Source: Camelus dromedarius
Lineage: Eukaryota
Reading direction: 5' to 3'
DNA: 64,000 nt
NCBI RefSeq assembly: GCF_036321535.1
Contig: NC_087436.1
Span: 45,200,001 to 45,264,000, forward strand
The notes beneath the pieces are model-generated. The model made no database searches, was not told the origin of the DNA, and saw nothing but the letters and a program-made list of their open reading frames with translations. Every line of letters begins with the position of its first letter. Positions within the stretch are counted from its first letter, which is position 1. Shown here piece after piece: positions 54,121-64,000 of the stretch. A program made the translations under genes and the position numbers.

Positions 54121-55829
54121 GTCTTACCCAGAGTCCGCACTTTGTGTCACAGCTCTCAGCGACTTTCCCAGTTCCCTGGCTCTGTCCTTTGTGGAAACTT
54201 TAAAACTGTCTGTTCCTGGACGTTGGTAAAGCTTTCTGGTTGTCTCTGCTGAGCGTTCTTTGCACCAGAGCAGCAGAGCTATCATTATAGGCAAACCTCA
54301 CATCCCAGCACCACTCGATGAGTTTTATCCAAAGGTAACATCAGTGTTTTTGTGGCAATAATTGATGAAGAACATTTTACTTACTTACTTACTCACTCAC
54401 TCATTTAATTAATTTTCATAAGTAGTGAAAAATCAAGATTTTGGATGAATGTATTAGAATTTAGAGGAAGGAGAAAGACAGTGGTATAAAATCAGGATAT
54501 GTTTATTCGGTATATTCCCAGCCTTTTTCTTGCACTGTCCATGAAAAGGGCCCCCTTTGAAAAGATGAAATGAGATTCAGGAAAGTTCACTGTTCCTTAG
54601 ATGGAGAAGATATTTCGACTTTTCCTCAGAGTATTTCTGCTTTTCGTCACCCTTGATTTAGGGAGATAGAAAGGCTAAGTAAGAGTTGGACTTCATTTCA
54701 TCAAACCTATCTGTCTTCATTTAGGTTTTGTCAGTCCTTTTATGACTTGCAATTAAACACTGCACCCCCATCTCTGGCCATGGTTCAGATAATAGCCCAT
54801 TCAGCTATTAGCCTATCTCTGTCAACAAAGAATTTGAGATGGTTTTAAAAACTACGCATATAGAAAAGAATACAAATAAAATATAACTATTAAGAACCCT
54901 CAAGGTGGGGTGAAATTGTGCACAATTGCTAAAATTGATTAGCCAATTTGGCTCTAAGCTTCCCCAGGTTCCTTGAATGAAATGTACTTTCTGCTCAGAG
55001 CAAATAGTAAAAGAGCTAGAAGGCATTTTGGTTTCTACAAGGCCACTCTGTAAAATCCTTAACCTGCCACTAGAGGCTGCTCTTAATTCTCGATATGTGA
55101 GGTCTAATCTAGTGAAAAGAGCTCTTTTTCCAAACCAGTAAGGAACAGGAAATTACTTTGGAAATTGCATTGCTTTGCTATTCACATATTGATGTCTTTT
55201 TCCCACTAATAGTTCTTTCTTTTTTTAAAAAAATTATCATTATATATTTTTGGGTTCATATCAATTCTGTTTGATGTTTGGTTATTGGTATCCAAATAGA
55301 AGATAAAGGCACTCTTACCTTTGGCTTAAACGTTTGTATTTCAGCATGGTATGTAGGCCTGGGATGCTTTTGGTTGCTGTTACTGAATTTCTTTTTTTGC
55401 AGTTAGAAAGAAGACTCACTTTTTATTAAGACACAATTCATGACCAAAAATGCATTGTGTCTATCACTTGTCTTATTAACTGTTACAATGAATTAAATAG
55501 TTGTTCTCTTTTACCTGCTCTCTTTTTTAATAAAATAAGGAATATTCAGAAAGGGCTTTTCAGATAACCGAGATATAATTAAACTTCAAATAAGCAAAGG
55601 CTGAATGAGTACAAGGTGAAGATTTATGAAAAGTTCTAACAGCTGAGAGAGGCTTTATCCCTCATCAAAGGCATACTGTATTCAAAATATTTTAATTTCT
55701 GACAAGTGATATCTACCTCTTAAGTGTTGGATGGCAAAGTATTAATCTGCAACATGAGACTTAAAGTAAACATTCAGCTTTCTGCATAATGTGCAAGACC
55801 TGCCCTCTTTGACTTCCAGGTCTCATTGC

Positions 55830-56297
55830 AACTTGTAGAGGGTACAAATTTTAGCATCTGTTGAGCTCCTGCTATGTACCAATTACTGTGCGAGGTGTTT
55901 TATGTACAATTATCTCATTTTGTCCTAACAACAGTCTTATGAAGCAGGTATTAACACCTTTTAAAATGAGGAAATAGGCTTAGTGAGGTTAAAAGTAACT
56001 TGTTCAGGATCCAACAGCTATTAGGGGGTGAAGCTGAGATCAGATCTGGTCTGGCTGATGGCAAAGCCCATCCGCTTTCTAATTTATGAAACACTAAGTT
56101 TAGCGAAACAAGGGTACTATTAAGGAATAATTCATACATTTGATAAATAGTTCTTGAATGTTACTTTCATCAGCTAAATTCCATACTTGTTCAGATTTCC
56201 TTAGTTTTTATCTATTGCCTTTTTTTATTAGTTTCAGGATCCCAACCAGAATACCATATTGCATTTAATCATTATATGTCCTTGAGGCTCCTCTTGG
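55830..56297 (-). repeat. Inverted repeat, left arm (MIR + unique + L1MC-like 3' piece)
   Basis: Reverse complement of 57367-57840; gives the twin 62-aa ORFs 55951..56139(-) and 57531..57719(+). Confidence 0.97.
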
Positions 56298-56660
56298 TTG
56301 TAATAAACTTCTCAGACTTCTGTTGTATTTGATGACTTTGACAGTTTTGAGTACTGGTCAGCTATTTTGTAGAATGTCCCTCAGTTTCAGTTTGCCTGAT
56401 GTTTTTCTCATGATTAGACTGGGGTTATGGATTTAAGGGAGAGTGACCACAGAGGTGAAGTGCCATCTCATCACATCATACCACCATTATGATTTATCAC
56501 TGATGTTGACGTGGAACACCTAGCTGAGGTAGTGTTTGTCAGGTTCTCTGCTTTAAAGTTGCTTTTTTTTTTTTTTTTTTCCTCTCTTTCCATGCTGTAC
56601 TCTTTGGAAGGAAGTCATTGTGCATAGCCCACACTTACGAAGGGGGAAGCTATGCTCCAT
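56298..56660 (-). mobile_element. L1MC-like 3'UTR fragment continuing from the left arm
   Basis: tctcagactt...gatgactttgacagttttgagtactggtcagctattttgtagaatgtccctc. Confidence 0.7.
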
Positions 56661-56975
56661 GGCAAACAAGGTGGCTTAAACAACAGAAATTTGTTGTCTT
56701 GCAGTTTTGAAGGCTAAAGTCTGAAATCAAGGTGTCTGCAGGTTTGTCTGCTTCTGAGGGCTGTGGAGGGAAGATCTGTTCCAAGGCTCTCTCAGTGGCT
56801 TAGGTGGCTATCTTCACTTGACACTGTCCCTGGATTTGGGCCCACCCTGAAGATCTCACTTTAACTTGATTACCTCTCTAAAGACCCTGTCTCCAAAGAA
56901 AGTCACATCCTGAGAAGTGAGGGGCTAGGATTTCAATATATGAATTTTCCGGCGGACACAGTTCAACCCTCAGCA
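56660..56975 (-). mobile_element. MLT1-type LTR
   Basis: gtggcttaaacaacagaaatttg...tctgaaatcaaggtgtc...acttgattacctctctaaagaccctgtctccaaa. Confidence 0.75.
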
Positions 56976-57366
56976 CCCTCCTTCTTGGCATTCTCCTTCC
57001 CTGGCTTCCTTAGAGCTCTTTCTCTCATACATCTCTGACCACTCTTTCTCATCCTCTTTTTCTGGTTTCTCTTCCTTCATCTGTCCCTTCAGCGTTGCTG
57101 TTTCCCAGTATTCTGTGCTCCTTATTCCTGTTTTTCATTCCACATGCTACCCTTGGGGCTCCATGCTTGCACAAGTTTAACTGTCATAGATAGAGAGATG
57201 CCTCCAAAATCTATAGCTGAAAAACCTGTATCTCTTACATTTGTCAAAACTCATAGAATGTTATAGCACAAAAAATAAACATAACATGTGCAAATTAGAA
57301 AGAAAATTATTTAGGATTTAGGATTTGTAATAAATTATATTTTGGGGATCACATTCTGTATTCGAT

Positions 57367-57840
57367 CCAAGAGGAGCCTCAAGGACATCAAATGATTAAA
57401 TGCAATATGGTATCCTAGAGGGGATCCTGAAACAAATTAAAAAAAAAAAAGTCAATAGGCAAAAACTAAGGAAATCTGAATAAGCATGGAATTTAGCTGA
57501 TGAAAGTAACATTCAAGAACTGTTTATCAAATGTATGAATTATTCCTTAATAGTACCCTTGTTTCGCTAAACTTAGTGTTTCATAAATTAGAAAGCGGAT
57601 GGGCTTTGCCATCAGCCAGACCAGAAATGATCTCAGCTTCACCCCCTAATAGCTGTTGGATCCTGAACAAGTTACTTTTAACCTCACTAAGCCTATTTCC
57701 TCATTTTAAAAGGTGTTAATACCTGCTTCATAAGACTGTTGTTAGGACAAAATGAGATAATTGTACATAAAACACCTCGCACAGTAATTGGCACATAGCA
57801 GGAGCTCAACAGATGCTAAAATTCATAACCTCTGCAAGTT
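57367..57840 (+). repeat. Inverted repeat, right arm
   Basis: Reverse complement of 55830-56297. Confidence 0.97.
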
Positions 57841-60800
57841 TAGCTAAACTCTCAACAGTTTCCTTAATTGCCCATGGGATAAAGGCCTCAGGTTAACTTA
57901 CCAGACTTCACAAATTCTGGACCCTATTACATCAGTTCAGGTTTGCCTTTCAGCATTGTGATCCTAGTCCCTTCCTCTTTTCTACATTATATCAACTTTA
58001 TTAAAAATGCCAACCTTTTTTCCACCTTTGTTGTGTCCTTCTAACTACATGTTACTCATTCTTCAAGATAAAGTTTAACCCCTAATTCAGTTAGGACTTG
58101 GCCAACTCTTTAAATTACTGTTTAAGGCCAACTTTTACTATTAAAGTATCAATTGAAAACTAGTAATTTATTTCTGTTTACTAATATACATTTAAAGATG
58201 TATCTTCAGAGGCAAATAGTAGACAATTGGGAGTATTTCTAAATAATACTAGTCAGACAATCCTATTTTTATCTAAAAACTCCACTTAGTATGTGAGTTA
58301 TCTTATCACTTATCTTATCACTTAGTATGTGATTGAGTAAATATAGTTTTGTGCAGCCCTGGAGGGATTCCATATTGGTGTTGAGTTTCAGTCTATCAAC
58401 AGTTTATATGCCTCCTTCCTCCTAGCTGAATTCTCAGCCAACTGGGAAACAAATAAATAGTTATTATGGATAAAGACTAGGCTGGAGGACATAGCTTAGG
58501 TGGGCAGTAATAATAATGAACCCAGAGAATTTGGTAGATTCACCACTCTGCCACAGCCCCCTGGGCAACTTCATGCCCCATGGGGAGCCTTTATTGCTAT
58601 TTGCTTTATTTCTGAAAACAGATCAGAACATACACTCTCTGAACAGGTGGACTCCTAGAAGAGGAAAGTAGTGTGAATTGACCCAAGTATGCCCAGTTCC
58701 TGTTCCTAAATTTGAGGGGAGACATGAGTAAAGGGGCAGAGAAGGGTCAGTACTTTTGCTCTATTGGAAGGTAACTCCGCATTGAAGGACACATTTGAAG
58801 TTGGAGATAAATTCATTCCTAACATTTGGGGAGGAAGGAAAGGGATTCTTTCCAGAGACGTTTCCTGGGGACTCATCGCACTGCATCAGTATTCCGGAGA
58901 ACTTCAAGAAAGAAACTTTCTCTTCTACCATCTCTAAACTAACCCAAAGATCACCCTAATTCTTGAATTACATTGTGGATAGCTACACTCTTGACTTAGT
59001 ATTTATAATCTCCTGTTATTGACAATATTTGGTTTGAAAAAGACAGTATACTAAAACTAAGGCTGTATCTGTGAGGTGTCGTATGAAATCAGAGCATCCA
59101 CATTTGATCTTGTGTACTTAAATCTTATTCCTGTCGCTTCAAAATAGAGACCCTCTTTCCCCAACACCAAATGAAATTTGAAAATAAAAGTGTCCATGTA
59201 AGAAATCTAAGCATTGTAGTCAGAACCAGAATTTAGGATAGATTCTGGGACACAGTTACATGAAGCGTGAATTTAGTGAGTGAGATTAGAAGATTCCAGT
59301 TGACCACCAGGACTCCTCAGCTTTATAAATCAAGGCCAACTGCTCTAAATGTTGTAAATCTTATGTTGCTCTGTTTTATTCTCAATTTATGACTGCACAT
59401 GTGATTTAAAAGTTTAAGCTAAACTTCGATAATTTATGTATAGTCATTAACTAATCTTAGCTGGATCTGGAGGGTAGCCTATCACTTTATATTTAAAAGA
59501 AAAAAAGCACAGCCCTTTACTCCTTTACTTACCCCAACTTATGCATGTGTTAACTTACCAAGGGTTTTGTCTTAATTTTTTATAGCTTCCTTCTTAGTAA
59601 AATTCAAGTTTGGATTTTTCTGAAAAATCAGAGCATTGAATCTCCTTATTATCATGTTGTGGATTGATCTTTTAGGAATAGCATACATTTATTTGAGTTT
59701 TCATTAATACTTAGACCTTTAATTCCGTGGGTAGGAATCAGTTACCACTCAGGGATAATCACTGTTACAATGTTGACATAGATGCTTCCAATTATAAATA
59801 TGTCTTGAAGTGTTAATTACAAAGATGTATTAAATAAAGGTATAGATCTTATGATACTTTATCAAGAGTTCTTTTATTTTTTCCACTAAGAAGAGATGGC
59901 TAAGGAGGAAGCTTGGCAATGTTTTCTTTAAATCTTTTACAGGCTAAAACAACTGGAACTGTGCTCTACATCCTATAATTTTTGGACCTTAATAATCAGC
60001 CTATGTGTTAGGTAGATACAAAATTATTTTTATGGGAAAATCTTACCTTTGCACGATGGTTCTACTTTTGTAGTAGACTTCTATTCAGACACCTGCTTCC
60101 CAACTTTCATAAGAATATGTCAACATTTCCCTGAGTCAACCTAACTATTAAAGTAGCAAGAGAGAAAATCTGAACTCAGACTTACTACTATTTTGGTAAA
60201 ACACCGAAACTCAGTTGAAAATAGTATTTTTGAGAGGTTATCTGGAGAATATAAACTCCATATCATTTCTCTAGAAATCCTAAAATTTAACATTAGATTA
60301 AGCCAGATGTCAATTAGCTGTATACTTGGACACTATTATTTTGGCTTTCTGTAGAATTGTTTTAATTGAGAATTGACTAGAATTTAGCAAGTCCTGACCT
60401 CAATAAGCACAGTTTTAGTGGAACAGTGGAGATTGAAAGCCCAATTAGAATGAGCTCAAGGGAGAAATTTTAGATGAGCCTAGACAATACTTTGTTTTGT
60501 TTTGCTTGTTTTTGTCTTTTATTCTCTGATAAAAATAACTGTGCGAGTTTCTAGCACAGATCTTGGACATAAATTCTCTATAATATTGGTTGAATGAATA
60601 AGTGAATATCTCTAGGTGTGTATAAGGATTTATTCAGGTACGTGCATAAGGATTTATCTAAAAGGGAGCCCTAATAGTGGAATTGCTAGATCTGATGGCA
60701 TACACATTTAAAATCTGATAGTTTCTGTTAAATTCTCCTCTAAAAAAGCATAGACAACGCTTTAGAAAAATTTTGTGGTAACTAGAAGGAGAGATCTAGA

Positions 60801-61458
60801 AGGAGAAATAGGGTTGAGAGATTTGGGTTTTTTTTTTTTTTAACTTTTTGAGAAATAATAGCATGAGTCTCTACTGATGCACAGAATCTAATAGAGAGAG
60901 GGTGTAGATTTTCTAGTACAGTGCTTTGCAAAGTTGAATAAAGATGAGACCTAGTGCGCTGGCCGTAGGAAGGAGCTCAGCCATAATGGTAGAGAAGGTA
61001 GAACATATGGGAATGAATGCTGGTATCTTACTCCTGTGTATGGGAACATCATCATTTATCTGACAAGTTTAGTAACTGGCAAAGGTTTTTCACTTTCAGG
61101 AGCTGTGCAGTGAAAATCCTTTCATCTTTGTACAGCATGTGAATGTTTTTATATAGTATCTACAGGATAAATCTCTAGAAATTGTATTGCTGGGTATAAG
61201 GAAAAGCAAATGTAAAATTGTAAAAAATGTTGCCAAATTCCCACTCAAAACACTATTTCAGTCCACACAGCTACCACCAGTGGTGAGAGGGCCATTCCCC
61301 CATCCCCTCACCAGTGGTGAATTTCACCAGTCTCTTGTGTTTTGGTTGATTTGGTAGGTGAAAAATTGTATCTCTATTTTGATTTTGTGTATTTTGGGGT
61401 ATTCTCTTTCTCTCTCGTTTTTCAATTTCTGAGTGATTTTAAAAAAACATATTATTGA

Positions 61459-61598
61459 GGAGGGAGGATATAGCTCAAGTGGTAGAGCACATGCTTAGCA
61501 TTCACAATGTCCTGGGTTCAATCCCCAGTACCCTCTCTAAAAATAAATAAATAAACCTAATTACTTCCCCCTGGCAAAAAAAAAAAAAAAAAAAAAAA
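61459..61598 (+). mobile_element. tRNA-derived SINE (camelid vic-1-like) with poly(A) tail
   Basis: A box tagctcaagtggtagagc, B box ggttcaatccc, (AAAT)n linker, A-tail at 61576-61598, degenerate TSD aaaaaaa...attga. Confidence 0.85.
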
Positions 61599-61619
61599 GT
61601 AAACCAATTTAAAAAAAAT

Positions 61620-64000
61620 CTCATTGACACATGATATACATACCATAACACTTACCCATTTAAAGTATACAGTTAATGATTTTCAAGATTCATCTATGTT
61701 TTATCATATATCAGAACTTCATTCCTTTTCCGTAATATTCCATTACAGGTATATACCACATTATAAAATCCATTCATAAATTGGTTTATTTCATTTTTGA
61801 CTATTATGCATAATGCTGCTATCAACATTTGGATACAAGTTTTTGTGTGGTATATATTTTCATTTCTCTTGGATATATACCTAAGAGTAAAATTGCTGGG
61901 TCATACAATAACTCTATGTCTAATATTTTGAAGAACTGCCAAACTATTTTCCAAAGCAGCTGCAGCATTTTAAATTCCCACTAGCAATGTATGAAGTTTC
62001 CAATTTCTCCATATCCTTGCCAACAGTTGTTATTGTCTGTCTTTTTTTATTATTACCATCCTGGTGGGTGTGAAGTGGTATCACATCATGGTTTTAATTT
62101 GCATTTCATAATGGCTTAAGATGTTGAGCATCTTTTCATGTGCTTATTGTGTATTTATGTATCTTTGGAGGGATGTCTTTAAATCATTTGCCCGTTTTTT
62201 TTAATGGGGTCATTTGTTTTTTTATTATTGAGTTGTCAGAGTTCTTTATATATTCTGCATGCCAGTCCCTAATCGTATATTTGATTTACAGATATTTTCT
62301 TCCGTATCATGGGTTGTCTTATCACTTTATTAATAGTATCATTTGTAACACTAAAGTTTTAAATTTTGACGTAGTCTAATTTATCTTATTTTTTCTTTTG
62401 TTGATTATGCTTTTAGTGTCATGTCTAAGAAATCATTGCTTAATCCAAGATCACAAAGACTTACTTGCATATTTTTTCCCTAGCAGTTTTGAAGTTTTAG
62501 CTTCTAGATCTGTGATGCTTTTTGAGTTAAATTTGTATATGGCATAAGAAAATGGTTCTTTTTTTTTTTGCTTGTGGAGCTCCACTTATCCTAGCACCAT
62601 TTATTGAAAAGACTTTTTCTCCATTGAATTCTCTTGTCAAAAATCAAATGACCATATATGTAGGTATTTATTTCTGCACTCTCAGTTCTATCCCATTGAT
62701 CTGTATGTCTATCTGTATGACAGTAACATTGTATTGATTACGGTCACTGTGTAGTAAGTTTTAAATTTGAGAAGTGTGAGTTCTATAACTTTGTTCTTAT
62801 TTTGAAGATTCTTTTGGTTATTCTGTGTTACTTTCATTTCAGTATGAATTTTACGATCAGATTGTCGATTTCTGCAAAAGAAGCAAGGCGAGATTTCAAA
62901 GGCATCACGCTGAATCTGTAGATCAGTTTGAGGAGTATTGCCATTTTCACAATATTAAGTCCTCTAGTCTATGAACTGGAGATGTCCATCTATTTAGATC
63001 TTTAAATTTTTCCAACAGTGTTTTATAGTTTTAGGTCTATGAGTCTTAGACTTCTTTTAATTTCACTTTCTTATTTTTCATTACTAGTATATAAAAGTAC
63101 AATTAATTTTTGTATATTGACCTTGTATCCTGCAACCTTGCTGAACTCATTTAGTGGTAATTGTGTGTGTGTGTGTGTGTGCACGCATGTGTGTATATTT
63201 AGGATTTTCTATATGCAAGGTCATGTCATTTGATAATGGAGATCATTTTACTTTTTCCCTTTTCCAATCTGGTTGTCTTCTATTTCTTTTTCTTACCCAA
63301 TTACCATTACAAGAAGCTGCACCTCAATGTTAAGTAAAGTTGCAAATGAGAACATTCTTGTCCTGTTGCTATTCTCAGGGGGAAGGCATTCAGTCTTTTA
63401 CCTATACCTGTGATGTTAGCTGCTGGTGTTTCCTAGGTGCCCTTTATCAGGTTGAGGAAGTTCCCTTCTCTTCCTAAGCTTGTTGAATGTTTTATCATGA
63501 AAAGGTGCTGGATTTTGTCAAATGCTTCTTCTGCACTATAGGGATGACCATGTGGTTTTTGTCCTTATTCTGCCAACATGGTATGTCACAATGATTGATT
63601 TTCCACATATCAAAACATCCTTGCGTTCTTAGATAAATTCCACTTAGCACCTGGTCATGGTGTTTAATGATTTTTCTTTGTTGCTAGATTTGGTTTGCTA
63701 GTATTTTGTTGGGTATCTTTGTGTATATGTTCAAAAGGGAGGTTGACCTGTACTTTTGGGGATTTTTTTTCTTGTGATATCTTTGCCTGGTTTTGGTGTT
63801 TGAGTACTAATGACCTCACAGAATGAATTGAGAAGTATTCCCTTGTCTTCTATTTTTGCAAGTTTGTGAAGGATTGATGCTTATTTTTCTTTAAATGTTT
63901 GGTAGAATTCACTAAGGAGCCATCTGCTCCTGGGCTTGGCTTTTTGGGAAGTTTTTTTTATTATTAAATCAACCTTTTTATTTGCTATAGGTCTATTCAG
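61620..64000 (-). mobile_element. Older LINE-1 (L1MB/MA-like) 3'UTR and decayed ORF2, running off the window end
   Basis: Antisense L1 motifs (aattgctgggtcata, ggtgtgaagtggtatc, agcaccatttattgaaaagac, gaatctgtagatcagtttg, gaggaagttcccttct) with many stops. Confidence 0.92.

Noticed and set aside
55951..57719. Twin 62-aa ORFs (MYELFLNSTLV...) as a duplicated small gene
   Set aside because: A by-product of the inverted repeat, largely MIR-derived, with no promoter or splice context
61459..61535. tRNA gene
   Set aside because: The tRNA-like head continues into an AT-rich linker, poly(A) tail and TSD, so it is a SINE

Overview
Mammalian genomic DNA containing the complete PITX2 homeobox locus on the + strand (~4.4-28.9 kb), followed by ~35 kb of downstream intergenic DNA. 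The tRNA-derived SINE at 61.5 kb suggests a camelid or related artiodactyl (inference). All coding exons have GT-AG boundaries and consistent phases: PITX2a = 13186-13231 + 25042-25247 + 27679-28242 (271 aa); PITX2b adds 13699-13836 (317 aa); PITX2c uses 23955-24162 as its first coding exon (325 aa). The last intron carries a cluster of FoxH1 sites matching the known asymmetric (ASE) enhancer. Downstream lie CpG islands, a candidate PANCR-like first exon, and MIR, L2, L1 and MaLR repeats. The most unusual structures are (1) a ~470 bp inverted duplication at 55.8-57.8 kb whose ~340 bp core is ~99% identical although it is built from an ancient MIR, and (2) an orphan CpG island at 53.4-54.1 kb with a minus-strand exon-intron-exon layout that I cannot assign to a known gene. 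Nearly all other ORFs in the track are spurious. Repeat family names and human/mouse comparisons come from recall, not from a search.
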